DNA of 64,000 nucleotides, from positions 283 through 64,282 of the forward strand of contig QKCR01000081.1 of NCBI GenBank assembly GCA_003245575.1, read 5' to 3'. A program made the position numbers and the translations under genes. Source of the DNA: Alphaproteobacteria bacterium (GTDB lineage Bacteria > Pseudomonadota > Alphaproteobacteria > Micavibrionales > Micavibrionaceae). This document shows positions 1-8,339 of this stretch, piece by piece; the first letter of the stretch is position 1; each line of letters starts with the position of its first letter. Under the pieces are notes generated by a model. It was given only the letters and a program-made list of their open reading frames with translations. It was not told where the DNA came from and searched no databases.

Positions 1-986
1 ACGAAAATACCAGAAATTAATTTTTTATATTGGGAAATTAAATTTTCTCGAATTTCTTTTAATACTGAATTCCGTTCCGCATTAGAAATATAATCAATTA
101 AATCGGTTTCAGTGGCTTGAATGGATTTAACCCAGATTATATCCATAGGCCAGCGCGTCATATTTTTATCATTTGGATTTGGAACGGTATATTTGAATTC
201 TTTTAATGTTGTCGAAATTACATCTCCCACCATTTTTTCAAAATCGGCAAATGTCCTCAAATTCCATTTATTTAATTCCTTTTTTCCAGCTCGAATTTCA
301 ACACGCCAAATTTGCCCTTCAAATTCAGATTTTTTAATTCCCCATAATTTCCACCAATAAGATTTCTTAGTGGAAATAATTTCACGAGTTTTGTCGTAAA
401 GAACAACCTGACGATTTGGCATCTTACCAATTCGGACATATTCAACTGCTTGCCCTGTACTTTCTGTTTGTACGGACAATTCGCCAATAAATCCTTTTTT
501 TGTTCGACCCGCGCAGACGAAATTCAAATATGATGGCTGAAAATTCTCTTCAAAATGAAAATCTAGACAATAGTCAATTCGGCTAATGCGTTCTTGAGGA
601 ATTTTATCATTCTCCTCAGGACCTTTTGCCAGAAGACTTTCCAAAAGGACGGATAAAATCTTCTCTTTTGTCTTCTCATACCCGTACAAAGCAAGGCAAA
701 GGCTTCTTACCCTTACACGAACATTCCATTGGTCTCTAGACTCTCGGTCACCTACTAACCAGATTTCGCCATCAGGGCCAGTGCTAAATTGATATGTATA
801 GCCACCTCTTGCGCCTGTCTCATGTACCATGACGGGAAGATGGTTTGGCCCTAGTTCGACATAGGCAGGGGAGCGGCAACTCTGTGCTTCTTTCTTAGCC
901 TGTTCTAGAGTTTTTAGAATGGCAATAGGTACAGCACATTGAAAACTTATCTCAAGGCCATCAAAATTTTGGTAAATCAGTTTCAT
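1..986 (-). CDS. Replication initiation factor-like protein (Rep_trans / rolling-circle type), 3' end outside window
   Basis: Missing from the ORF track because it runs off the window. ATG at 986 on the minus strand, reading MKLIYQNFDGLEISFQCAVP... with no stop down to position 1. Motifs RIDYCLDF, VVLYDKTREI and WRVEIRAGKKEL resemble the R.D..D / YDK / RvE.r signature of replication-initiation-factor domain proteins. Confidence 0.5.
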   Translation of the reverse strand, partial: MKLIYQNFDGLEISFQCAVPIAILKTLEQAKKEAQSCRSPAYVELGPNHLPVMVHETGARGGYTYQFSTGPDGEIWLVGDRESRDQWNVRVRVRSLCLALYGYEKTKEKILSVLLESLLAKGPEENDKIPQERISRIDYCLDFHFEENFQPSYLNFVCAGRTKKGFIGELSVQTESTGQAVEYVRIGKMPNRQVVLYDKTREIISTKKSYWWKLWGIKKSEFEGQIWRVEIRAGKKELNKWNLRTFADFEKMVGDVISTTLKEFKYTVPNPNDKNMTRWPMDIIWVKSIQATETDLIDYISNAERNSVLKEIRENLISQYKKLISGIF

Positions 987-1012
987 TTCTAAATCCTTTC
1001 TAAATGTAAAAC

Positions 1013-1043
1013 TGTGGCCCCATGTTATAAGGATGGGGCCACA
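1013..1043 (-). terminator. Perfect 11-bp stem hairpin between the DUF736 gene and rep (terminator-like or regulatory)
   Basis: TGTGGCCCCAT (1013-1023) and ATGGGGCCACA (1033-1043) with a 9-nt loop. On the minus strand it starts 8 nt after the DUF736 stop and is followed by GTTTTACATTT. Confidence 0.4.
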
Positions 1044-1050
1044 AGGTTGA

Positions 1051-1425
1051 TTAAGCTGCCGCTGATTGATTGGCTTGACGGCGGCGAAAGGTAATATCCC
1101 AATCGCCTGAGTCGTTCTTAAAAGCTGCTACATTGAGGGCGTTGGGAAGGCTTGGGTCATCAATTGTGATGCTCAGAAATTCGAAATTGGCATCACCAAT
1201 TTGCGTTTTCTCCTTCTTCCATGCCGCACCGACTTGAATATCCTGCCCAGAATATCCAATTGCGCACACGATATAATCAGGCGCACCATCGGAATTCCGT
1301 AGGTTATTTGGAACCAGCTTGATTTTAAGCTGAATTTGGAGAGTTATGATCTCCCCGTGCAGCTCTTCACGGTTGCCTTGATACGCAGATTTTAAATATC
1401 CAATACGACTCATTTTTTTCTCCAT
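1051..1425 (-). CDS. DUF736 family protein (typical of alphaproteobacterial ICE/IME backbones)
   Basis: The 124-aa translation shows the DUF736 pattern: IGYLK..., GEIITLQIQLKIKLVPN, APDYIV, VGAAWKK, LSITIDDPSLP, and a C-terminal W.ITFRR. Confidence 0.65.
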   Translation of the reverse strand: MEKKMSRIGYLKSAYQGNREELHGEIITLQIQLKIKLVPNNLRNSDGAPDYIVCAIGYSGQDIQVGAAWKKEKTQIGDANFEFLSITIDDPSLPNALNVAAFKNDSGDWDITFRRRQANQSAAA

Positions 1426-1484
1426 TGAGTTCGATTGTTAAATTTACGAAGCGCACCGCGCGCTTCGCGCAGAGGAAGCATTGG

Positions 1485-1559
1485 TTTTGGGAGCAATGAG
1501 GCAGAGCTCCCCCTATGACAGTAAATGGAAATAAACTGTCATAGGGTTTGCTCCCAAAA
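1485..1559. repeat. Compound inverted repeat (two-tier hairpin) in the DUF736/HTH intergenic region; candidate origin or nick-site structure
   Basis: Outer arms are TTTTGGGAGCAA (1485-1496) and TTGCTCCCAAAA (1548-1559). Inner arms are a perfect 12 bp, CCCTATGACAGT (1511-1522) and ACTGTCATAGGG (1535-1546), with a 12-nt loop. A further GAAGCGC/GCGCTTC palindrome lies at 1448-1466. Confidence 0.6.
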
Positions 1560-1603
1560 TCCTCTAGGGCGCTTCCGGCTCCCCAGAGAGAAAACTTGAT
1601 TGT

Positions 1604-1876
1604 TTATGAGGTGTTGAGGCCAAGATCAGATGTAGAATTCCTGATTTGGCTCTGGATGTACTCGTCAATGTCGGATTGGCGATAGGCAACCTTGCGACCT
1701 ATCTTGACGAATTTAGGACCTTTGCCTTCCCACCGCCATTTTCTGAGTGTGGCAGCGGAAACGCATAGCATTTCTGAAACAATATCTGGTTTAAATAATA
1801 GGTTTTGCATTCCCGCGCCCCATCTAGCTTGTGTCAACCTTGATTGGCTTCCAACACAATTAGATTGCGCTTTCAT
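1604..1876 (-). CDS. Excisionase/AlpA-like helix-turn-helix DNA-binding protein
   Basis: SEMLCVSAATLRKWRWEGKGPKFVKIGRKVAYRQSDIDEYI is a typical MerR-superfamily excisionase-type HTH. An alternative ATG at 1810 (MQNLLF...) would give 68 aa. Confidence 0.65.
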   Translation of the reverse strand: MKAQSNCVGSQSRLTQARWGAGMQNLLFKPDIVSEMLCVSAATLRKWRWEGKGPKFVKIGRKVAYRQSDIDEYIQSQIRNSTSDLGLNTS

Positions 1877-1935
1877 GCAGAAAATATAAATTTACCTAAA
1901 AGGAAAATGGGTTACCTAAAAAGGTTTTAGGTAGG

Positions 1936-2928
1936 TTAATTTTTCGGTAAAAGAAAATTTGAATAGAGAGTGTCTCCGAAGAAGCTGGCAAATAGAATTC
2001 CGAGTACAAATTCATCATCAATTTCTATTGGAGCCTGTTTTTTATAGGTCAATATTTTCTCCATGAAATCCATATTCATCGAACTCTCAAATAAGGTTCT
2101 TTGATTTAAAATAGATGTTTGGGCTTGCTGAATGTACTTGTTGACTAGGCTTACTCTTATTTCCTGCAAATGTTGTAATGCTTTGTTCCGGTCAGAAATT
2201 GATCTTTCATGTTTCGCCCGTGGTTTTATGGATTTCCAGTCAATTCTCATAGAGAAAATCGTATAAAATATAGCTAAATATAAGGAGAGGGGAATTGGAT
2301 ATTTTTTCCCAAAATATTTCTTAATTTTATAGAGCTCTTCGAAAACGGATTGATCTGCTTTATAATTGAATACTTGTTTTGATATGTGTATTGCCAGACG
2401 TTCAGAGCATTTGGGTTCCTCTATAAGAAGATATGCGAAGACACCTGATAGTGTTTTCTGGAATGTTGTTTCAAATGATCTGTCTCTTTCCAGTTTCGGC
2501 AAAACGTATAAATCAATTAGATATAGATTTTCTTGGATTTTGTCTGGATTATCAAAATGATTTATAAAGGCGTCTACGGATAATAGTATATTGTGTTTAT
2601 ATGCTTCGTGAAAGAACCCGCATTCAAAGAAAATATCAAGCTCGGATTTAAGGAGGTTTGCTGCATTTGATAAGGCATTAGCTTTTTCTGTATTATTATG
2701 CTCAATGATACCCCTTAACATTTCAAAAAGTGTGTTTCTCCAGTTTTTATAGAGTTCGAATCCCTTAAGCCCTTCTAATGGAGATAAGGTATCACGAGTT
2801 TCCTCAATAACCGAAATATGGTCATACTCCAAGGACTGTTCCTTAAGGGACTTCTTACTTTTGCCTATAGGCTGTTTGGCTTTTTTCTTTAAGGACTGTT
2901 CCTTAAGGGATTTTGTTTGCTTAGGCAT
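1936..2928 (-). CDS. Hypothetical protein (island cargo, no recognisable domain)
   Basis: 330-aa ORF, very AT-rich, with a Lys-rich N-terminus containing a duplicated KSLKEQSL peptide. It lies 3 nt downstream of the integrase gene stop on the same strand. Confidence 0.5.
   Translation of the reverse strand: MPKQTKSLKEQSLKKKAKQPIGKSKKSLKEQSLEYDHISVIEETRDTLSPLEGLKGFELYKNWRNTLFEMLRGIIEHNNTEKANALSNAANLLKSELDIFFECGFFHEAYKHNILLSVDAFINHFDNPDKIQENLYLIDLYVLPKLERDRSFETTFQKTLSGVFAYLLIEEPKCSERLAIHISKQVFNYKADQSVFEELYKIKKYFGKKYPIPLSLYLAIFYTIFSMRIDWKSIKPRAKHERSISDRNKALQHLQEIRVSLVNKYIQQAQTSILNQRTLFESSMNMDFMEKILTYKKQAPIEIDDEFVLGILFASFFGDTLYSNFLLPKN
2831..2910. repeat. Perfect 20-bp direct repeat spaced exactly 60 bp, inside the 5' end of the cargo ORF
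   Basis: AAGGACTGTTCCTTAAGGGA occurs at 2831-2850 and 2891-2910. It contains the palindrome CCTTAAGG and encodes the duplicated KSLKEQSL. Confidence 0.8.
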
Positions 2929-2931
2929 TTC

Positions 2932-4095
2932 CTATAGAGCCTTTCGTGAATTGGTTATCAGGTTCCCTATAGAGGAAGCTGCATCCTGAACAGAATTCTT
3001 GGTTAAGTGCGCATATCTCTCGGACATTCTAGTGTCACCATGCCCCAAGAGCTTTGCTACCATCTGAAGGGAAAAGCCTTGTCCTATAAGGAGCGAGGCA
3101 AAAGTATGCCTTAAGTCATGGATGCGAACATCTTCTAATCCAGCTTCTTTGCGTATGCGATACCAAGGCTTTGTTGCATTGTTTAGAGGGGCGCTATCTT
3201 TGGCGCCTGCAATTATATAGGGGTTGCCTTCAATCTTGGGCGTCTTAACCAAAATGTCTAAGGCGCTCGGAGAGAGGTAAATAGTTCTTTTCCCTGTCTT
3301 GCTATCTGGCAAATTCAGAATACCGTTTGAGAAATCAACCCAAGCCCATTTGGCTGTCTGTATTTCAGAGAGCCTAGCGCCTGTTAGCATTAAGAGACGA
3401 ATGAGATTTAGAAAGTAGAGTGATTCCCTGCCTTCATGTTCTGCTTTGTCGAGTACGTCATTAAGCCTCTTGATTTCTTCTTGAGTTAGGAAGCGCTCGC
3501 GACTCTCTTCTTTATATTTTTGAATTCCTTTAACAGGATTAGTGTGCTGAGGTCGGATTTTCCAAGTCTCTGCCAGAGAAAACATTTTTGAGAGTGTTTG
3601 TAAAATACGGTTAGCTTGGGAAGGGGTATCCCTTAGAGCAGAGTGGAACTTGGCAATATCAAGTTTGGTAACAGACGCCGTTTTAAGACTGCCGAGCATG
3701 GGCTTTATAAACTTCTTGATATAAAACTTCTCTAATTTAAGAGTATTTTCTTTCTTATGAAGCTTGGAATGTTCTTCCATATATCGTTCGCATAGTTCTG
3801 ATACGGTAGGAGCCTTACGGGATACGGAGCGTTCCATAGAGGGGTCTTTCCCTTTGGCAATATCTGCAAGCCAGTCCTGCGCGACATCTCGGGCATTCTC
3901 GCAGGTAATTTGCCCATGAATACCTATAACGGGTTTTCTTTGCCGTCCTTCTTTATTTCGGTACTTTAAAAGATAGACTTTTCGTCCAAGGGGAGTGACC
4001 TTCACGCCAAAGCCTGAAATTTTGTCATCCCAAAAGATGCAATCAGCCTCTTGAGGCTCAAGTTTTTCTACATAAATTTTGGTCAGTTTTGGCAT
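2932..4095 (-). CDS. int: Tyrosine-type site-specific integrase (P4-like, N-terminal DUF4102 arm-binding domain)
   Basis: N-terminus FWDDKISGFGVKVTPLGRKVYLLKYR. C-terminal catalytic region LTGARLSEI ... HDLRHTFASLL ... LGHGDTRMSERYAH carries the R..HxxR..Y signature. Confidence 0.9.
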   Translation of the reverse strand: MPKLTKIYVEKLEPQEADCIFWDDKISGFGVKVTPLGRKVYLLKYRNKEGRQRKPVIGIHGQITCENARDVAQDWLADIAKGKDPSMERSVSRKAPTVSELCERYMEEHSKLHKKENTLKLEKFYIKKFIKPMLGSLKTASVTKLDIAKFHSALRDTPSQANRILQTLSKMFSLAETWKIRPQHTNPVKGIQKYKEESRERFLTQEEIKRLNDVLDKAEHEGRESLYFLNLIRLLMLTGARLSEIQTAKWAWVDFSNGILNLPDSKTGKRTIYLSPSALDILVKTPKIEGNPYIIAGAKDSAPLNNATKPWYRIRKEAGLEDVRIHDLRHTFASLLIGQGFSLQMVAKLLGHGDTRMSERYAHLTKNSVQDAASSIGNLITNSRKAL

Positions 4096-4255
4096 GGTCT
4101 AAAATTCCTAGGTACCACATAGGTACCAACAGAGAGAATTTAAGGGAGTTTTTTAGAGCCGTCAAGAAATCTCAAAAGTCTCATAAGTAATTGATATATA
4201 ATCATAAATATACAGAGGGAAATCTGGGGTGATTTTCAGTAACGCTATCGAAAAC

Positions 4256-4303
4256 ACCTTGCCAAGGTAAATGTCGAGGGTTCGAATCCCTTCACCCGCT
4301 CCA
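4256..4303 (+). pseudogene. 3'-half fragment of tRNA-Gly(GCC); putative att repeat of the island, not a functional tRNA
   Basis: CCTTGCCAAGG (anticodon loop UUGCCAA), the T-arm GAGGG-TTCGAAT-CCCTT and the 3' end CACCCGC-T-CCA match the bacterial tRNA-Gly(GCC) pattern. The upstream sequence has no GCGGGTG acceptor partner and no conserved D-loop. Confidence 0.7.
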
Positions 4304-4367
4304 GTCTAAAAATCTCCGAAAATCGTCAAATTTCCCAAGGTAAAAATAATCTGCCAAGATACATCCT

Positions 4368-5039
4368 ATGGCAGAGCAAAGACACATCATACTGGTACGT
4401 CATGTCCCTGTATCAAACCCTGATGGGATTTGGTACGGGCGCGATGTTGACTTGGCGCCGACCACTCCGCAACTGGAAAACTTGTTTAATCGGCTAGCCG
4501 ATGAATTGCCGACAGCTCCCGATAAAACAATTTGGATATCCTCTCCCTATCAAAGGGCCTTACACACGGCGCAATCCGTAGCAGATAAAATTCCCGCGCG
4601 CGATAAACCCGAAATAGAAATAAATAGGGGCTTTGTCGAACAACAATATGGCGTGATGGAGGGGCTACCGCATCAAGAAGCACTTTTGCTTCCGTCTGTT
4701 GCTCCATATTTACAAGACAGCTGGAATAACGGCATGGAAGGTGGAGAATCCATGTCTGTATTCCAGAGTCGCGTGGCAAATACATTAGAGAGTTTGAAGG
4801 AAAGAGCCTCTATTGAGAATAAAGATGCCGTAGTCTTCACTCATGGGGGCGTCATAATGGCGGCCTATGCCCACGTCACAGGCCAAAGAATGAGTGACAT
4901 ATTTAAGCAGCGTAAAGAAAAACTCGCGCCAAGCATTTCTTTTGTATCGCGCCTTGATCTGACATTCGAACGGAAGCAGGCCGCATGGAACACACCACCT
5001 GCCTACGAAACGGGAATACCTAAGCTAAAAGCTGAATAG
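4368..5039 (+). CDS. Histidine phosphatase family protein (phosphoglycerate mutase-like)
   Basis: N-terminal IILVRH (RH catalytic motif), GGESM...QSR, and the C-terminal FTHGGVI motif. Confidence 0.7.
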   Translation: MAEQRHIILVRHVPVSNPDGIWYGRDVDLAPTTPQLENLFNRLADELPTAPDKTIWISSPYQRALHTAQSVADKIPARDKPEIEINRGFVEQQYGVMEGLPHQEALLLPSVAPYLQDSWNNGMEGGESMSVFQSRVANTLESLKERASIENKDAVVFTHGGVIMAAYAHVTGQRMSDIFKQRKEKLAPSISFVSRLDLTFERKQAAWNTPPAYETGIPKLKAE

Positions 5040-5044
5040 AGAAC

Positions 5045-5824
5045 TTAAAGAGAAAATCCTTCACCGAGATAAACGCGGCGGACATCTTCGTTGACAACGA
5101 TTTCATCCGGCAGGCCTTCGGTCATCACCATACCGTCATGAAGTACATAAGCACGGTCCACAATCCCTAACGTATCGCGGACATTGTGGTCAGTAATCAA
5201 AACACCGATATTCCGGGTTTTGAGTTGCCCGATCAGGGCGCGAATATCGCCGACCGCAATCGGATCAATCCCCGCCAGCGGTTCATCAAGCAAGACAAAA
5301 TGCGGGCGAGAAGCAAGGGCTCGCGCAATCTCGACGCGGCGACGCTCCCCACCTGACAGTGCGATTGCAGGTGTACGGCGCAAGTGTGAGACTGAGAACT
5401 CAACGAGCAAATCTTCAAGCAATGCTTCCTTGTCATCATTATTCAGATCATTTTGCGTCTGGATAATAGACTTCAAATTATCTTCAACCGAAAGCCCGCG
5501 AAAGATTGAGGCTTCCTGCGGCAAATACCCGATACCGAGCCGCGCTCGGCGATACATAGGAAGGGTCGTAATCTCTTGCCCGTCCAGGAGAATATCGCCG
5601 CCGTCAGGCGGCAACAAACCCGTAATAATATAAAAACATGTTGTCTTTCCTGCGCCGTTAGGACCAAGAATAGCAACAGCTTCTCCACGTTGAACGCTTA
5701 AGGAAACATCACGTAGGACAGGACGTTTTTTGTATGATTTGGATAAATGTTGTGCAGCAAGACCCTTGACCGGCGGCCGTGTCGAACCTTTGCTTTGGGA
5801 GAAATGGAGAGGTGTAACGCTCAT
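5045..5824 (-). CDS. lptB: LPS export ABC transporter ATP-binding protein LptB
   Basis: Walker A GPNGAGKTT, signature LSGGERRRVEIARAL, Walker B FVLLDEP. It lies immediately downstream of lptA and lptC. Confidence 0.9.
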   Translation of the reverse strand: MSVTPLHFSQSKGSTRPPVKGLAAQHLSKSYKKRPVLRDVSLSVQRGEAVAILGPNGAGKTTCFYIITGLLPPDGGDILLDGQEITTLPMYRRARLGIGYLPQEASIFRGLSVEDNLKSIIQTQNDLNNDDKEALLEDLLVEFSVSHLRRTPAIALSGGERRRVEIARALASRPHFVLLDEPLAGIDPIAVGDIRALIGQLKTRNIGVLITDHNVRDTLGIVDRAYVLHDGMVMTEGLPDEIVVNEDVRRVYLGEGFSL

Positions 5825-5842
5825 GATTATTCTATCGACCTT

Positions 5843-6568
5843 CTATTTCTTTTTACCCGAAGACGGATAGAAAATACCTTTGACCCGAGGGCGATTTTTC
5901 TGGCCTGTGATGGTGCTGACTTTTGTGGTCAGGTTCATCTTGGCGTAATCCCCTTCAATCCAGTTATAACCTTGCATGATTTTTACAGTGCCGATTAATT
6001 CGGCAATGTTTGTGGCCTTGGTATAAATGGCCTTGTCACCGCTGGCTTTTTGCTCACCACCTGTGCTGATCTGGACAGATCCCATCGCCTCGGCGCGTTC
6101 CATTTCCTGACCATTCATAAAGACTTTGATCTCATCAGCAACCAGAATATCCTTGCCACGCGTGACTTGAGGACGGCTTGAACGGCTTGAAGAGTCTCCG
6201 GTCAAGGTAATCACACTGCCTGTAATGTCATAGACAGCTTTTGCACCTTCGGCGCGATCTGTCTTTCCGGCCTGTCCTGAAAGAATAACGACATGACCTT
6301 CAGCAGTGACTTTGTTCAAATCGCTGGTGCTGTTATTTTTCCCTTCATAGGCTGCCGTCAATGTATCTCCCGAAACAGAAAAATCACCTTGTTGGGCTTT
6401 GGCATTTCCGCGCGCTGTGTAGGTCCTGGCTGTCTGGTTCCATTCCAGAGCCTGATCGGCTGTGATCTCGAGTGGCACGTCTTCTGCAATAGCAGGCGCA
6501 CAAAACCCGATCCCGCCCAAAAACAAGGCGGCGGTCAGCAGGAAAGTAGAAGTCCGAACTTGAGACAT
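5843..6568 (-). CDS. lptA: LPS transport periplasmic protein LptA (OstA-like)
   Basis: Signal peptide followed by repetitive OstA-type beta-strand sequence (ITADQALEWNQ..., GNAKAQQGD..., GHVVI...). Positioned between lptC and lptB. Confidence 0.75.
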   Translation of the reverse strand: MSQVRTSTFLLTAALFLGGIGFCAPAIAEDVPLEITADQALEWNQTARTYTARGNAKAQQGDFSVSGDTLTAAYEGKNNSTSDLNKVTAEGHVVILSGQAGKTDRAEGAKAVYDITGSVITLTGDSSSRSSRPQVTRGKDILVADEIKVFMNGQEMERAEAMGSVQISTGGEQKASGDKAIYTKATNIAELIGTVKIMQGYNWIEGDYAKMNLTTKVSTITGQKNRPRVKGIFYPSSGKKK

Positions 6569-7287
6569 TATAATTGTGGCTCCTTATCAGAAGATGGCTC
6601 GGAAGACGAGCCGGGCGGGGGCGACTGGCGCAGGATCAGCTTGGCAGGTCCTTTAAAGATGACTTTATCTGTTTTTCCGTCAGCTTCCAAGCCTTGCGCG
6701 GAAATTTCTCCTGCAGGCCCGTGTCCGCTAACGCTGTCCTCAGAGGACATGGTCTGGTTGTCGATGTTGATATTCATGGTCTGTGAATGCAATTCATATC
6801 CCGTATCATGATTAATCAGGACATCGCCATTGAGCTGCAAAACACCGGATTTCTGGTCATAGTCACCCTGCACAGCCTTCAAAGCCATCCAATTCCCGCT
6901 TTTAAGATTGATGTCGGCAACTGGCTTATCCAAATGGATCATATCCATGTTCTCGGTATTCTGGGTCGCCTTGTCCGCAGTGATAGTATAAGGCTGGCTG
7001 TCATTATCTTCCGATTGGAATTTCGGATTAACCAACTCGTTGCGGCTCGCTGTCTGGGGAGAAATTTCATCACGCGGAATAGCTTTGAGTGGCGCAGAGT
7101 CTCGGTCAGACCATACCATCAGGACAACAACGATAGCTAATGCGGCAACCGGCAACATTAATCTCAGGCTGCGGACATAACGAGAGTAGAGATGGGTACG
7201 GGATGCGCGTGTTGCAATTTCCTCCTCGCTACGGACCAGACGGTCTGCGGAAGAGAGTGTTTGGGATATGTCCTGCTGCTCTGTCAT
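6568..7287 (-). CDS. lptC: LPS export system protein LptC
   Basis: A single N-terminal TM anchor (LMLPVAALAIVVVLMVW) plus a periplasmic beta-rich domain. Conserved kdsD-lptC-lptA-lptB order, with a 1-nt overlap with lptA. Confidence 0.65.
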   Translation of the reverse strand: MTEQQDISQTLSSADRLVRSEEEIATRASRTHLYSRYVRSLRLMLPVAALAIVVVLMVWSDRDSAPLKAIPRDEISPQTASRNELVNPKFQSEDNDSQPYTITADKATQNTENMDMIHLDKPVADINLKSGNWMALKAVQGDYDQKSGVLQLNGDVLINHDTGYELHSQTMNINIDNQTMSSEDSVSGHGPAGEISAQGLEADGKTDKVIFKGPAKLILRQSPPPGSSSEPSSDKEPQL

Positions 7288-7306
7288 AATATCCCCGACC
7301 CGAAGC

Positions 7307-8323
7307 CTAGACGAGGCCAGCTTTAAGAAGTTCCTGAATGCGGATCAAGCCGACAACATGTCCCGCGTCATCTGCAACAATCAGGGACGTAATCGGCGAA
7401 GACCCCTCATGACCAACCATGATTTCCAACGCTTTCACAGCAAGAATGTCTGCGCGAATGCTGCGAGGATTTTTGGTCATGATCTCTGACACTTTTCTTG
7501 TCAGAAGATCAGGTGCCATATGTCGTTTCAAATCTCCGTCTGTCACGATACCGATCAGGCTTTTCGCCTCATCAACGACGACAACAGATCCGAGGTTTTT
7601 GGCAGATAGAGTAATCAATGCGTCAGACATCAACGTATCTGCGCTAACGAAAGGCAAATCATCTCCCTTGACCATCAGGTCGGAAACTTTGCGCAACTTT
7701 TGTCCGAGTTTACCGCCAGGATGCCAGACGCGGAACTGCTCGGCTGTAAGGCCCATACGTTCGAGGAGCGCCACGGCAATTGCATCACCCAACGCCATCA
7801 TTTGTGTTGTTGACGTTGTCGGGGCAAGCCCGTTCGGGCAAGCTTCCGGAATTTTCGGCAGGATAAGCGCAATATCTGAATGCTGTGCCAGTGGACTATC
7901 GGGGTTTCCTGTCATGGCGATCAATGGAATATTAAACCGCTTCGCATATCCGATCATATCGGTCAGTTCGGCGTTGGTTCCCGAATAGGATAAAAGAATA
8001 ATCACATCATCCTCGGTAATCATTCCCAAGTCCCCATGGGATGCTTCACCGGGATGAATATAATAAGATGGTGTTGCCGTTGATGCGAGTGTTGCAGAGA
8101 TTTTACGTGCCACATGTCCGCTCTTGCCGATCCCGGCCACAATCAAACGACCGCGACCCTTATCTTTCATGGCTTGAATAGTCTCGATTGCGCGGACAAA
8201 CTCTCCATTGAGGGACTCGGAGAGAGCTTGAAGACCTGAGACTTCCGTTGCAAGGGTCCGTTTAGCAGAAGCTACATCGTCGAAATGTGTATCAGGGATT
8301 TGCTGCGTCATTGTTTGTGCCAT
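7307..8323 (-). CDS. kdsD: Arabinose-5-phosphate isomerase KdsD/KpsF (SIS + tandem CBS)
   Basis: SIS motif GIGKSGHVARKISATLASTATPS..HPGEASHGDLGMI and a C-terminal CBS pair. Confidence 0.9.
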   Translation of the reverse strand: MAQTMTQQIPDTHFDDVASAKRTLATEVSGLQALSESLNGEFVRAIETIQAMKDKGRGRLIVAGIGKSGHVARKISATLASTATPSYYIHPGEASHGDLGMITEDDVIILLSYSGTNAELTDMIGYAKRFNIPLIAMTGNPDSPLAQHSDIALILPKIPEACPNGLAPTTSTTQMMALGDAIAVALLERMGLTAEQFRVWHPGGKLGQKLRKVSDLMVKGDDLPFVSADTLMSDALITLSAKNLGSVVVVDEAKSLIGIVTDGDLKRHMAPDLLTRKVSEIMTKNPRSIRADILAVKALEIMVGHEGSSPITSLIVADDAGHVVGLIRIQELLKAGLV

Positions 8324-8339
8324 TCTTTAATCCTGAAAA

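Larger units (their letters stand above)
1..4303. mobile_element. Right-hand part of an integrated element (integrase-bearing island / integrative mobilisable element), truncated by the window start
   Basis: Integrase, excisionase-like HTH, DUF736 and Rep_trans-like genes are all on the minus strand. The block is visibly more AT-rich than the flanking core genes. It is bounded on the right by a 48-nt copy of the 3' half of tRNA-Gly(GCC) at 4256-4303. Confidence 0.7.

Noticed and set aside
121-487. Track ORFs 121..360 (+) and 272..487 (-)
   Set aside because: Both lie inside the long open-ended minus-strand Rep-like frame (1-986) in other frames. Their translations are low-complexity with no motifs.
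4225-4303. Possible full-length tRNA ending in CCA next to the integrase
   Set aside because: Only the anticodon loop, T-arm and 3' acceptor strand fit tRNA-Gly(GCC). The best 5' acceptor candidate, TGGGGTG, pairs at 5 of 7 positions. The D-loop lacks the conserved GG, and the anticodon stem has only 3 bp. It is treated as a 3' fragment or att remnant.
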